A DNA stretch of 45,786 nucleotides from Acutalibacteraceae bacterium (GTDB lineage: Bacteria; Bacillota; Clostridia; Oscillospirales; Acutalibacteraceae), in the NCBI GenBank assembly GCA_045643925.1, contig JAZRFZ010000038.1:1-45786 (forward strand), in the 5' to 3' direction. Positions 24,237 through 34,567 of the stretch are shown piece after piece. Within the stretch, counting starts at the first letter, position 1. The number at the start of each line of letters is the position of its first letter. A program made the translations under genes and the position numbers. The notes beneath the pieces were generated by a model, which was not told the DNA's origin, did not search any database, and saw nothing but the letters and a program-made list of their open reading frames with translations.

Positions 24237-26051
24237 ATGTCCCTTGTAAAGAAAGAACATATACGAAATTTTTCTATCATCGCCCATATCGACCACGGCA
24301 AATCAACACTTGCCGACAGATTACTTGAAATCACAAACTCCGTTTCACAGCGTGATATGGAGTCACAGATTCTTGACGATATGGATTTGGAGAGAGAGCG
24401 CGGTATCACTATCAAAGCCCACGCAGTAAAGCTTGACTACGTTGCAAATAATGGTGAGAAATATCAGCTCAATCTTATTGACACTCCCGGCCACGTTGAC
24501 TTTAACTATGAGGTTTCACGTTCACTTGCGGCTTGTGAGGGCGCAATACTCATCATTGACGCTTCACAGGGTATCGAGGCTCAGACCCTCGCCAACACAT
24601 ACTTAGCCCTCGACCACAACCTTGAACTTGTGCCCGTAATCAACAAAATCGACCTTCCTTCAGCAGACCCCGACAGAGTGTCTGCCGATGTCGAAGATAT
24701 TATTGGACTCCCCTGCGACACTGCTCCCCGCGTATCAGCAAAAACAGGACAGAACGTTGAGCAGGTTTTGGAGCAGATTGTTGAGCTTGTTCCTCCACCT
24801 GAGGGTGACGATGATGCACCTTTGAGAGCACTTATTTTTGACTCTGTTTACGATAACTACAAGGGTGTTATTGTTTACACACGAATTGTTGATGGCACCA
24901 TAAAGCCCGGTGACACAATGAGAATGATGGCAACAGGTGCAGAATTCAACGTTGTTGAAGTGGGTACAATGAAGGCAACAGGTCTTAACCCCACAGACAA
25001 GCTTTGTGCGGGTGAGGTTGGTTACCTTACCGGTTCAATCAAAACTGTACGTGATGCGGTTGTTGGTGATACTGTAACACTTGCAGACGGACCCGCTGCA
25101 GAGCCCCTCCCTGGTTATCACAAGGCTACACCTATGGTTTACTGTGGTATCTACCCGGCTGACGGTGCAGACTACGAAAACCTTCACGAGGCACTTGAAA
25201 AATTACAGTTAAACGATGCCGCACTTTCTTACGAGCCTGAAACATCGGGCGCTCTCGGCTTTGGTTTCCGTTGCGGTTTCCTTGGTCTTTTACACCTTGA
25301 GATTATTCAGGAGCGACTTGAAAGAGAATATGACCTTGACCTTGTTACAACTGTGCCAAGCGTTATTTATAAAATACATCTTTCTAACGGCGAGGTTGTT
25401 GAAATCGACAACCCCACACACTACCCTGACCCTGCAGAAATCGACTTCTGCGAGGAGCCTATTGCAGATGCTCACATCTATGCTCCCACAGAATACGTAG
25501 GTGCAGTTATGGACCTTTGCCAGGAGAGGCGTGGTGTGTTCAAGAATATGGACTACATCTCAGGCGACCGTGTAGAAATCAAGTACGATTTGCCCCTTAA
25601 CGAAATCATTTATGACTTCTTTGATGCACTCAAGTCACGCACACGCGGTTATGCTTCACTTGATTACGAAATCTCCGACTATGTCCGTTCTAACCTTGTT
25701 AAGTTGGATGTACTCCTTAATGGTGATGTTGTTGATGCACTTTCATTCATTGTTCACTCCGACAAGGCTTACGGCAGAGCTCGTAAAATTGCAGAGAAGC
25801 TGAAGGATAACATTCCAAGACAGATGTTCGAAATTCCTATTCAGATTGCAATCGGTGGCAAGGTTATTGCCCGTGAGACTGTTAAGGCTATGCGTAAAGA
25901 CGTGCTTGCCAAGTGTTACGGTGGTGACATTACCCGTAAAAAGAAGCTTCTTGAAAAGCAGAAAGAGGGTAAAAAGAGAATGCGCTCATTCGGTACGGTT
26001 GAAGTACCACAAGAGGCATTCATGGCAATACTCAAGCTTGATGAGGATTGA
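24237..26051 (+). CDS. lepA: Elongation factor 4 (LepA)
   Basis: [30 protein letters not shown] and NKIDL motifs, plus the LepA-specific C-terminal domain. 604 aa. Confidence 0.96.
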   Translation: MSLVKKEHIRNFSIIAHIDHGKSTLADRLLEITNSVSQRDMESQILDDMDLERERGITIKAHAVKLDYVANNGEKYQLNLIDTPGHVDFNYEVSRSLAACEGAILIIDASQGIEAQTLANTYLALDHNLELVPVINKIDLPSADPDRVSADVEDIIGLPCDTAPRVSAKTGQNVEQVLEQIVELVPPPEGDDDAPLRALIFDSVYDNYKGVIVYTRIVDGTIKPGDTMRMMATGAEFNVVEVGTMKATGLNPTDKLCAGEVGYLTGSIKTVRDAVVGDTVTLADGPAAEPLPGYHKATPMVYCGIYPADGADYENLHEALEKLQLNDAALSYEPETSGALGFGFRCGFLGLLHLEIIQERLEREYDLDLVTTVPSVIYKIHLSNGEVVEIDNPTHYPDPAEIDFCEEPIADAHIYAPTEYVGAVMDLCQERRGVFKNMDYISGDRVEIKYDLPLNEIIYDFFDALKSRTRGYASLDYEISDYVRSNLVKLDVLLNGDVVDALSFIVHSDKAYGRARKIAEKLKDNIPRQMFEIPIQIAIGGKVIARETVKAMRKDVLAKCYGGDITRKKKLLEKQKEGKKRMRSFGTVEVPQEAFMAILKLDED

Positions 26052-26055
26052 TAAT

Positions 26056-28176
26056 ATGAATAGTTTTTTTGATGTATATTACAACGAAAGCAAAAAAACA
26101 TTTTGTTACAGAAGTAAAGATATGGTTTATGAAGAGCGCTTTGAAAAAGGCGCTCTTGTAGCCTGTGGTTGGAACGCTTCGGGTTATCCCCTTGATGTGC
26201 TGACTAATTTTCCGTCAAGATTAGATACAAGGCGATATGCAGAGCCTTTTGCATTTAATCTTGAAATTGACGGACAAAGTGTAAGCTATGACTTAGACTT
26301 TGTATCATTTGATAAAGAAGAGTTGAATGGCGCTTTACTTTGCAGACTTACACTCAAAAGCAACATAAAGCCTGTTGAAATTACTGTGTGCACACTCCTT
26401 GACGGAACACAGATGTTCAGCCGTTGGCTTGAAATTAAAAACCTTTCAGACAAGCCCTTATGTGTAAGCAAACTAGCGCTCATAAGCGGTGGTTTGGAAA
26501 TTCTGGATATTGACCACATAAGTGGTGCAGAAGAAATCTCCAAGCGTTATTCTATAGGATATTTTGACGATGATTCCTGGTCGAGAGAAGGTCAATTCCG
26601 TTGGCGCGACCTTAACCCTGACACAACTGCCATTGACGGCAGATTTACAAGGGACAGATTCCGTCATCCGCTTATTTTTATAAGAAACAATGTGTTGGGT
26701 CACATTTGGTTTTGTCAGTTAGGCTATTCGGGCGGTTATCGTTTTACTGTTGACTATAACGCTAAACCCTTCAATGGTGAAACGCCCCTTTCCTTCAAGG
26801 CAGAAATTACAGGGCACACACCTATCCTTGTGTTAAAACCATTTGGGGAATTTACCACACCCGAAGTACATATAGGCATGGTGCACGGTGACCTTGACTG
26901 TGCAATAAATGAAATGCACACCCACACGAGGAAGAGTGTTCTTAATAACACATTTGCAGACCCCTCACCTGCCCTTATCAACTGCGGTATGGGTGCAGAG
27001 CATAATATGGATATAAAAGGTAGCAAAGCCTTTATTGACCAGTTTGCAGAAATGGGCGGTGAAATATTCACCGTGGATGCAGGTTGGGTTTGCCCTCCCA
27101 CAGAGGAAACAAGCTGGGGTGATTACAATGGCTTAAACACACCAGACAAAGAGCGTTATCCCAATGGCATAAAAGAAATATGCGACTATGCCCATGAAAA
27201 AGGACTTAAATTCGGCTTGTGGATGGATATTGAAAACTTAGGAAGGCGTTGTCCTCTTTTTGACGAAAAGCCTGATTTCAGGTCTGACAACGTATTCGGC
27301 ACAAAGAATCCGCGACTTATTGATATGTCTATCCCCGAAGTATGTGAGTTGGCAGAAAATGAGCTTTCAAGAGTTATTGAGGAATATGAATTAGACCTTC
27401 TCCGAGTTGACCACAACGTTGATTTTACTGAATATTTCAGTATGCGTGACACAGGATGTGGCATAAAGGAATGTGTTACATTAAGGCACAACAAAGCCGT
27501 TTACGATATGTATAACCGACTTAAGGCAAAGTACCCTCACGTTATATTTGAAAATTGTGCAGGTGGCGGTGGCAGAACAGACCTTGGTATGATGAAAAGC
27601 TTTAACCACACATGGGTTTCAGATAATCAGAAGATGCCTTACTCCGTTGCTATTACAAACGGTATGACAATGGCTCTGCCCCCCGAAAGAGTTGACAGAC
27701 TTTTTGCAGGTATGGGTTGCCACACAATAGGCTCATTCAAAGCACATTTAAGGAACACTATGCTTGGTCACATCTCCCTTAACGTTGTTTCACCCGAGGG
27801 TGCGAGGGTTAATGATGAGGCTATGGCATTTATAAAGCATAGCACAGATATTTACAAGAATTTTATCAGAACATTCTTAAGTGAATCCGTAATTTATCAT
27901 CACACCCCCGAATTGTACGACGAAGATATTTGTGTACTTGAAATCGGTGCTACCGACAAATCCAAAGGTGCTTTGACAGTATTCACAATGTGCAATACAG
28001 GTGCACAGAGCGTGATTGTTAAGCCGAAAGGGATTGACCGAAGCAAGAGTTACAGCGTTACACTCGATAATGATGGGTGTACATTTACTGTGTCGGGCTA
28101 TGAATTAAGTAAAGGCATTGAGGTTTATTTAGGCTCGGCTATGGAGTCAGAGTTAATTCTTTTTGAATCAAAATAA
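26056..28176 (+). CDS. Glycoside hydrolase family 36-like protein (alpha-galactosidase-type)
   Basis: GH36-type motifs: FTVDAGW, KFGLWMDIE, LDLLRVDHN (nucleophile Asp region), ENCAGGGGRTDLG (acid/base Asp region). ATG 26056 is 4 nt after the lepA stop. The longer ORF-track start (25846) lies inside lepA and was rejected. Confidence 0.75.
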   Translation: MNSFFDVYYNESKKTFCYRSKDMVYEERFEKGALVACGWNASGYPLDVLTNFPSRLDTRRYAEPFAFNLEIDGQSVSYDLDFVSFDKEELNGALLCRLTLKSNIKPVEITVCTLLDGTQMFSRWLEIKNLSDKPLCVSKLALISGGLEILDIDHISGAEEISKRYSIGYFDDDSWSREGQFRWRDLNPDTTAIDGRFTRDRFRHPLIFIRNNVLGHIWFCQLGYSGGYRFTVDYNAKPFNGETPLSFKAEITGHTPILVLKPFGEFTTPEVHIGMVHGDLDCAINEMHTHTRKSVLNNTFADPSPALINCGMGAEHNMDIKGSKAFIDQFAEMGGEIFTVDAGWVCPPTEETSWGDYNGLNTPDKERYPNGIKEICDYAHEKGLKFGLWMDIENLGRRCPLFDEKPDFRSDNVFGTKNPRLIDMSIPEVCELAENELSRVIEEYELDLLRVDHNVDFTEYFSMRDTGCGIKECVTLRHNKAVYDMYNRLKAKYPHVIFENCAGGGGRTDLGMMKSFNHTWVSDNQKMPYSVAITNGMTMALPPERVDRLFAGMGCHTIGSFKAHLRNTMLGHISLNVVSPEGARVNDEAMAFIKHSTDIYKNFIRTFLSESVIYHHTPELYDEDICVLEIGATDKSKGALTVFTMCNTGAQSVIVKPKGIDRSKSYSVTLDNDGCTFTVSGYELSKGIEVYLGSAMESELILFESK

Positions 28177-28212
28177 AAATATCGGAACGCCAAAGCGTTC
28201 CGATATTTTTAT
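28175..28212. terminator. Bidirectional terminator between convergent GH36 and metH
   Basis: Perfect 12-bp stem ATATCGGAACGC-CAAA-GCGTTCCGATAT (28179-28206), flanked by an A-run and a T-run. Confidence 0.85.
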
Positions 28213-30605
28213 TTTACATTTATTTGTTCCGCATACCTCACCGTTTCCATAGCATCCTTTGCGTATTTATCTGCGCCAATGGAGTCGGCATATTCTTGTG
28301 TAAGGACTGCACCACCAACAACCACTTTACACCAGGGTGCTTTCACACGCAGGAGTTTGATGGTTTCTTCCATAGCGGGTACTGTTGTTGTCATAAGAGC
28401 GCTTAAGCCTACCAACGGAGCGTTAAGCTCACAAACCTTTTCAACAACCGCTTCGGGTGGAACATCCTTGCCTAAATCGTGGACATCAAAGCCGTAATTT
28501 TCAAGAAGCAATTTAACGATATTTTTACCGATATCGTGAATATCACCCTTAACTGTGGCTATAACAAAACTGCATTTATCTGCAGATTTGTTTGTTCCCA
28601 CGGCTTTTTTTATACATTCAAATGAACTTTTTGCCGCCTCGGCACTCATAAGAAGTTGAGGAAGATAAACAGTTTTATTCTCAAAGCCGATGCCTACTTC
28701 ATCAAGGGCAGGAACAATCTCATTACGGACGATATCAAGGGGCTCACGCTCTTTTAAAAGCTCATCCGTTAAAGTTGCCGCCTGTTCCTTAAGTCCCTTT
28801 ATAACCGCCCTTTTGAGCCCTGTTGCGGATTCTTCCTTTTTAGTTGTAGTAATCGCTTGTGTGGCTACTACTGTCTGTGGCAGAGTTTCGGTAAAAGAAA
28901 CATATTCTGCACAATTATCGTCAAGACCCTTTAAAGCGCAATATGCATAATAAGACTTGAGCATTTCGTCGGAATAAGGGTTCATTATAGCGCCCGAAAG
29001 ACCTTGCCACAAAGCAAGTGTGAAGAAGTTACTGTTTATAATTTCACGATTGGGCAAACCAAACGAAACATTTGAAACACCAAGTGAGGTGTGGCAACCT
29101 AATTCATTTTTAATTATATTAACCGCCTTGAGGGTTTCCTTGCCCGCGCTTTTATCGGCACTAATAGTAAGTGCAAGTAGGTCAAAGATAATATTCTTTT
29201 TACTGATACCATATTCTTTGGCGGTATCAAGGATTTTCTTCGCAATAGCTACTCTGCCCTCAGCAGTTTCGGGTATGCCGTTTTCATCAAGGGTAAGGGC
29301 AACTACAAGGCCACCATATTTTTTTGCAAGTGGGAAAACCGCTTTCATTGACTCTGCTTTACCATTGACGGAGTTAAGCATTGCTTTACCATTATATCTG
29401 CGCAAAGCATTTTCCATTGCAACGGGGTCTGATGTATCAATTTGTAAAGGTAAGTCTGTAACCGCCTGTAACTCGCACACCGCGGTTGTAAGCATTGAAA
29501 CCTCGTCAATTTCAGGCAAACCTACATTGACATCAAGGATATGTACGCCCTTTTCCTGTTGGGCAATACCCTCTTTTAAAATATAATCAATATCATTATT
29601 TTTCAGTGCTTCTTTGAATTTCTTTTTGCCTGTTGGGTTAATTCTTTCACCAATCAAAACAGGCTTTTCACCAAAGCACACGCTATGTGAATACGAAGAA
29701 ACACAAGTAATATTTTTATCTGTTATGGGTTGAACATTAAAGCCTTCAATCTTTGATTTTACCGCTTTAATATAGTCGGGTGTTGTACCGCAACAACCGC
29801 CTACTGCCCTGACGCCCTTAAGCACAAGGTTATAAACATCATCAGAAAATTCGTCGGGTAAAACATCAAAAAGAGTTTCACCATCAACAACCTTTGGTAA
29901 ACCTGCATTTGGTTTGAGAATAACGGGTGTCGAGGAAAGTTCAAGATATTTATCAACAATTGGTGTAAGTGCTTTCGGTCCAAGTGAACAGTTCACACCG
30001 ATAGCATCTGCGCCCATACCCTCAAGTAGGGCAATCATAGCAGATGGGTCGGCACCTGTCATCAGTTTGCCGTCTTCACCATAAGCATTTGAAACAAAAA
30101 CAGGTAAATCAGAATTCTCCTTTACTGCAAGAAGTGCCGCCTTTGTTTCAAGGCTATCGTTCATTGTTTCAATAAAGAAAAGCTCTGCGCCATATTTAAC
30201 ACCAAGCTTTACACTCTCGGCAAAGATGCTTACCGCGTCCTCGAAATCAAGGTCACCGTAGGGCTTAAGCATTTTACCTGTGGGGCCAATATCAAAGCCA
30301 AGCCACTTGGGTTGTGTACCAACACTTATATCACGAGCGGTCTTAAGGTTATTCATAGCGGATGCAACGATTTCTTCAAGTTCAACTTTACTGAATTTAA
30401 GAATATTTGCACCGAAGGTATTGGCGTTTACAACGTTACTACCTGCATCGTAATAAGCCTTGTGAAGGTCGGTTATCACATCGGGGTGGGTAATATTCCA
30501 CCTTTCGGGTAACTCACCTGATTTGAGCCCCTTTGACTGCAGAATTGTGCCTGTGCCACCGTCAAGAATTATTAAATTATCCTTTATGTATTCACGAAGA
30601 GTCAT
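28209..30605 (-). CDS. metH: Cobalamin-dependent methionine synthase, short form (Hcy-binding + pterin-binding + B12-binding modules, no reactivation domain)
   Basis: Homocysteine S-methyltransferase N-terminus (LDGGTGT, GGCCGTTP), a pterin-binding barrel, and the B12 motif GDIHDIGKN (DxHxxG). About 800 aa versus about 1200 aa for full-length MetH. ATG 30605 has a GGGGTGA SD. Confidence 0.88.
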   Translation of the reverse strand: MTLREYIKDNLIILDGGTGTILQSKGLKSGELPERWNITHPDVITDLHKAYYDAGSNVVNANTFGANILKFSKVELEEIVASAMNNLKTARDISVGTQPKWLGFDIGPTGKMLKPYGDLDFEDAVSIFAESVKLGVKYGAELFFIETMNDSLETKAALLAVKENSDLPVFVSNAYGEDGKLMTGADPSAMIALLEGMGADAIGVNCSLGPKALTPIVDKYLELSSTPVILKPNAGLPKVVDGETLFDVLPDEFSDDVYNLVLKGVRAVGGCCGTTPDYIKAVKSKIEGFNVQPITDKNITCVSSYSHSVCFGEKPVLIGERINPTGKKKFKEALKNNDIDYILKEGIAQQEKGVHILDVNVGLPEIDEVSMLTTAVCELQAVTDLPLQIDTSDPVAMENALRRYNGKAMLNSVNGKAESMKAVFPLAKKYGGLVVALTLDENGIPETAEGRVAIAKKILDTAKEYGISKKNIIFDLLALTISADKSAGKETLKAVNIIKNELGCHTSLGVSNVSFGLPNREIINSNFFTLALWQGLSGAIMNPYSDEMLKSYYAYCALKGLDDNCAEYVSFTETLPQTVVATQAITTTKKEESATGLKRAVIKGLKEQAATLTDELLKEREPLDIVRNEIVPALDEVGIGFENKTVYLPQLLMSAEAAKSSFECIKKAVGTNKSADKCSFVIATVKGDIHDIGKNIVKLLLENYGFDVHDLGKDVPPEAVVEKVCELNAPLVGLSALMTTTVPAMEETIKLLRVKAPWCKVVVGGAVLTQEYADSIGADKYAKDAMETVRYAEQINVK

Positions 30606-30610
30606 TATAG

Positions 30611-31486
30611 TCACCCCAGAATATCAGAGAGATTTGATTGAATTTTTGCGGCAATATCAGGCTTATTCATTGAATAAACGTGGACGTTTGTGATGCCGTT
30701 CGCAAACAAGTCGATTATCTGGTCGGTAGCATAAGCAATACCCGCCTGCTTCATTGCCTCAGGCGAATAGCCGAATTTGTCAACAAGACTTTTGAAGCGC
30801 TGTGGCATAAATGAACCCGAAAGCTTCATAGCTCTTTCAACCTGATTGGCATTTGTAATGGGCATTATACCGGGAATAACAGGCACGGTAATACCTGCCT
30901 CACGGATTTTATACAGGAAGTTATAGAGCAGATTGTTATCAAAAAACATCTGTGTTGTAAAGAATGAACAACCTGCATCTACCTTTTCTTTAAGGTACTT
31001 TATATCCTCATTCTGATTGGTGCTTTCGGGATGAATTTCGGGGTAACAAGCACCACCGATGCAGAAATCTGCTCCGCTATCCCTTATGTCGTAAATAAGG
31101 TCAACGGCATGACGGTAAGCCCATTTACTGCGGTCACCCTTTTCAAGCTCGGGTGTAAGGTCACCTCTGAGGGCAAGTACATTTTCTATACCTGCCTTTT
31201 TCATTGCCTCAATACGCTCAGCAACAGTTTCCTTTGTGGAAGAAACACAGGTAAGGTGCGCCACCATAGGCACATTGTATTGCTTTTTTATATTCTGCGC
31301 AATATCAAGTGTGTATTGGCTTGTGCCACCGCCTGCACCGTAAGTAACACTCATAAACGACGGGTTAAGTCTGGCAATTTCTTCTGTTGCGGTTTTAACA
31401 CTGTTAAATGCTGTGTCTGTTTTGGGTGGAAAAACCTCAAAGCTCAAGGACAATTTACCATTATTAAGAATATCGGTAAGCTTCAT
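30611..31486 (-). CDS. metF: Methylenetetrahydrofolate reductase
   Basis: SFEVFPPKT N-terminal motif and TYGAGGGT. About 290-aa MTHFR TIM barrel. AAGGTG SD present. Confidence 0.9.
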   Translation of the reverse strand: MKLTDILNNGKLSLSFEVFPPKTDTAFNSVKTATEEIARLNPSFMSVTYGAGGGTSQYTLDIAQNIKKQYNVPMVAHLTCVSSTKETVAERIEAMKKAGIENVLALRGDLTPELEKGDRSKWAYRHAVDLIYDIRDSGADFCIGGACYPEIHPESTNQNEDIKYLKEKVDAGCSFFTTQMFFDNNLLYNFLYKIREAGITVPVIPGIMPITNANQVERAMKLSGSFMPQRFKSLVDKFGYSPEAMKQAGIAYATDQIIDLFANGITNVHVYSMNKPDIAAKIQSNLSDILG

Positions 31487-31510
31487 AAAAGCACCTTCTT
31501 TTAAAAATAA

Positions 31511-32098
31511 TCAGTTTTCTGCTGCAGATTCAATATATGATTTGAGAGTATCTGTGCCCTCACCTTTTTCAGACGAAAATGGAATAATAACCAAATCCTC
31601 ACCAAACTCTGCAAGTTCGTTTCTGAGTCCCTCTGTGCGCTCTTTGTACTGTGTTTTATTGAGCTTGTCACTCTTGGTTGCAGCAACAATAAAGGGAAGA
31701 CCTGCATCCTGAAGGAAGCGCATCATAATATAGTCATCCTCAGAGGGCTTGTGGCGCATATCCACAAGCTGAACAACAAGCTTTATGTTACGGGGTGACT
31801 GGAAATACCCCTCCATCATCTCTGCCCAACGGCGTTTTTCACCCTTGGCAACCTTGGCGTAGCCGTAACCGGGAAGGTCAACAATTCGTACATCCTCAAC
31901 CTTAAAGAAGTTAATGGTAATTGTCTTACCGGGCATTGATGACACACGTGCAAGGTTTTTGCGGTTGAAAATGCGGTTAAGCATTGATGATTTACCAACA
32001 TTTGAACGACCTGCAAAAACAATTTCAGGTAAATCTGATGGCGGAATCTGTTTCAAAGTGCCGAATGCGGCTTCAAACTGAACTTTATTGTAATTCAT
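31511..32098 (-). CDS. engB: Ribosome biogenesis GTPase YsxC/EngB
   Basis: FAGRSNVGKSSMLN P-loop, DLPGYGYA and TKSDK motifs. ATG 32098 is 1 nt after the lon stop, with a GAGG SD inside the last codons of lon. Confidence 0.93.
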   Translation of the reverse strand: MNYNKVQFEAAFGTLKQIPPSDLPEIVFAGRSNVGKSSMLNRIFNRKNLARVSSMPGKTITINFFKVEDVRIVDLPGYGYAKVAKGEKRRWAEMMEGYFQSPRNIKLVVQLVDMRHKPSEDDYIMMRFLQDAGLPFIVAATKSDKLNKTQYKERTEGLRNELAEFGEDLVIIPFSSEKGEGTDTLKSYIESAAEN

Positions 32099-32099
32099 A

Positions 32100-34538
32100 T
32101 TATACCTCGTGGCAATAAACACCCTTTGAGCCCTTATGTGACTCGGTTGTGTTTATTGACTTTTTATTATTACGGTCTGCGTTCTTCTTGTTATCCGAAC
32201 CTTTACAGGGAGCAAGCGCCACACTAAGCACCTCGTCAAGAGATGAAACAGGTATAAACTCAATAGCTTTCTTCACTGTTTCATTTACCTTATCAAGGTC
32301 GGCGCGGTTATCCTCGGGTATGAGGACAGTTTTCATACCATTCTTAAATGCGGCAGTTGATTTCTCACGAAGACCGCCGATGGGTAAAACTCTGCCCCTT
32401 AAAGTAATTTCGCCTGTCATAGCAACTGTTTTTACAACGGCTCTGCCTGTAAGTGCAGAAGCAAGTGCAGTTGTCATTGTAACGCCTGCAGATGGGCCAT
32501 CCTTTGGTACAGCACCTTCCGGCACGTGGATATGAATATCTTTATTCTTATAGAAATCAGGGTCAATGGAAAGCTCCTCTGCCCTGCTTCGGATATATGT
32601 AAGCGCTGCCTTTGCAGACTCCTTCATAACATCACCGAGTGAGCCTGTGAGTTCAAGCTTGCCTGTACCCTCAAGCACAGCAACCTCAATCTGCATCATT
32701 TCACCGCCAACAGAAGTCCATGCCAATCCATTTGCCGCACCAATCATATCATCAAAATCAAATTTTGATGGCTTATACTTTGGTGCACCAAGATACTCTT
32801 CAAGTGATGCGGGGTCAACAGTAACCTTGCCCTCAAAGCCGTCGGCAAATTTAACCGCAACCTTACGGATAATTTTGCAAATCACACGGTCAAGTGTACG
32901 GACACCCGCTTCCTTTGTGTAGCTCGAAATAATCTCACGGAGAGCGCCGTCTGTGAAACGAATCATTTTGGTATTCATACCGTAATTCTTCACCTGACGT
33001 GGAACAAGATGCTTTTTAGCAATGCTGAATTTATCCTCTGCGGTGTAGCTGTAAAGCTCGATAATCTCCATTCTGTCAAAGAGCGGACCGGGAATACGAG
33101 ATGCATCGTTAGCGGTTGTGATAAACAGCGCTTTACTCAAATCAAAAGGCACATCAATATAGTGGTCAGTAAAGGTACTATTCTGCTCACCGTCAAGCAC
33201 TTCAAGAAGTGCAGATGAGGGGTCACCCTTATAGTCACTGCCCAATTTGTCAATCTCATCAAGAAGAATGAGCGGATTTTGTGTTTCTGCCTGTTCAACG
33301 GCAGTAATAATTCTACCAGGCATTGAACCGATATATGTTTTACGATGACCGCGGATTTCCGCCTCGTCGTGAACACCACCAAGTGAAATACGGACATACC
33401 TTCTGCCCATTGCCTTGGCGAGTGACCTTGCAACAGAGGTTTTACCTACACCGGGCGGACCTACGAGACAAAGAATCTGTGCATTCACATCGGGTGCAAG
33501 ACGTTTAACGGCAATAAGCTCAAGAATACGCTCCTTGACATCCTCAAGACCATAGTGGTCCTTGTCAAGGATTTTACGAGCCGCAGCTACATCAAGAGAA
33601 TCCTCTGTGTAAACACCCCAAGGAAGATTTGTTACGCGCTCAAGATATGTACGTGCAACATTTGCCTCGGGTGAACCGGGAGTAGTCTTAACAAGTCTGT
33701 CGCACTCCTCGAAAAGACGTTTTTTTGACTTTTCGTCAATAGGAAGTGCGGTTATTTTGTCCTTGTACTTTTGCGCCTCTGCAACAGGAGAATCATCCTC
33801 ACCAAGCTCCGTTGATGCAACCTTAATCTGTTCACGAAGGTAATATTCGCGCTGATTTTTATCCATTCGTTCCTGTACTTTATCCTGAATTTCAAGCTCA
33901 ATACCGAGAATTTCAGTTTCACGTACAAGGATTTTGCAAAGCATCTCTGCCCTTTTAAGCACATCAAGCTCTTCAAGCATAGCCTGCTTGTCCTCGATAG
34001 GAAAATGGAAGTGTCCTGCTATATTGTCAGTTGCGGTGCGAAGGCTTTTTTCCTCAAGAATTGCAAGGAAGATTTCGGGCGCAATACGAGGATTCACCGC
34101 AAGATAATTATCAAAATTAGTCTTAAGAGCACGAAGAGTTGCCTCGGTAAGAGGGTTATCCTGCTCAGGGTGGAGCTCAGGCACACGCTGAACAACTGCT
34201 CTTAATGATATTTTTTCACGGCTCACTTCTGCAACACAAGCTCTATAAAGACCCTCAACAACAATCTCAAAGCTATTGCTGTCAGAAGAACCTGAAAGTT
34301 GTTTTATTTCAGCAACAACACCAACATCACCCAAGTCAGTAAACTTGGGGTCTTCAATCAAGGCATCCCTCTGTGAAACAAGGAAAATCCTTCGGTTGTC
34401 GCTATCGACGGCAGAACGAATAGCCCTTATGGACTTGATTCTGCCAACCTCGAAGCTTATTGTCTGCCCAGGGAAAATAACAAGATTGCGAAGCGCAAGT
34501 ACAGGCAAAGTTTCGGGTTTGTAGATGTTTTCTGTCAT
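32100..34538 (-). CDS. lon: ATP-dependent Lon protease (LonA)
   Basis: LON N-terminal domain, AAA+ module (GPPGVGKTS Walker A, ILLDEIDK Walker B), and a protease domain with the catalytic-Ser context PKDGPSAGVTM. Confidence 0.96.
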   Translation of the reverse strand: MTENIYKPETLPVLALRNLVIFPGQTISFEVGRIKSIRAIRSAVDSDNRRIFLVSQRDALIEDPKFTDLGDVGVVAEIKQLSGSSDSNSFEIVVEGLYRACVAEVSREKISLRAVVQRVPELHPEQDNPLTEATLRALKTNFDNYLAVNPRIAPEIFLAILEEKSLRTATDNIAGHFHFPIEDKQAMLEELDVLKRAEMLCKILVRETEILGIELEIQDKVQERMDKNQREYYLREQIKVASTELGEDDSPVAEAQKYKDKITALPIDEKSKKRLFEECDRLVKTTPGSPEANVARTYLERVTNLPWGVYTEDSLDVAAARKILDKDHYGLEDVKERILELIAVKRLAPDVNAQILCLVGPPGVGKTSVARSLAKAMGRRYVRISLGGVHDEAEIRGHRKTYIGSMPGRIITAVEQAETQNPLILLDEIDKLGSDYKGDPSSALLEVLDGEQNSTFTDHYIDVPFDLSKALFITTANDASRIPGPLFDRMEIIELYSYTAEDKFSIAKKHLVPRQVKNYGMNTKMIRFTDGALREIISSYTKEAGVRTLDRVICKIIRKVAVKFADGFEGKVTVDPASLEEYLGAPKYKPSKFDFDDMIGAANGLAWTSVGGEMMQIEVAVLEGTGKLELTGSLGDVMKESAKAALTYIRSRAEELSIDPDFYKNKDIHIHVPEGAVPKDGPSAGVTMTTALASALTGRAVVKTVAMTGEITLRGRVLPIGGLREKSTAAFKNGMKTVLIPEDNRADLDKVNETVKKAIEFIPVSSLDEVLSVALAPCKGSDNKKNADRNNKKSINTTESHKGSKGVYCHEV

Positions 34539-34567
34539 AAATTTCTCCTAAAAATTAAAGGTATATA

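Noticed and set aside
25846-26055. A 70-aa N-terminal extension of the GH36 ORF (the track start at 25846), overlapping the 3' end of lepA in another frame.
   Set aside because: This stretch is fully inside the well-supported lepA reading frame and has no SD. The ATG at 26056 directly follows the lepA stop, and the recognisable GH36 sequence begins there.
91-32098. Five translation-associated GTPases/ATPases (der, ychF, obg, lepA, engB) in one window, considered as a possible functional cluster.
   Set aside because: They lie in separate transcription units, each in its usual conserved neighbourhood. The density reflects a core-genome region, not a system.
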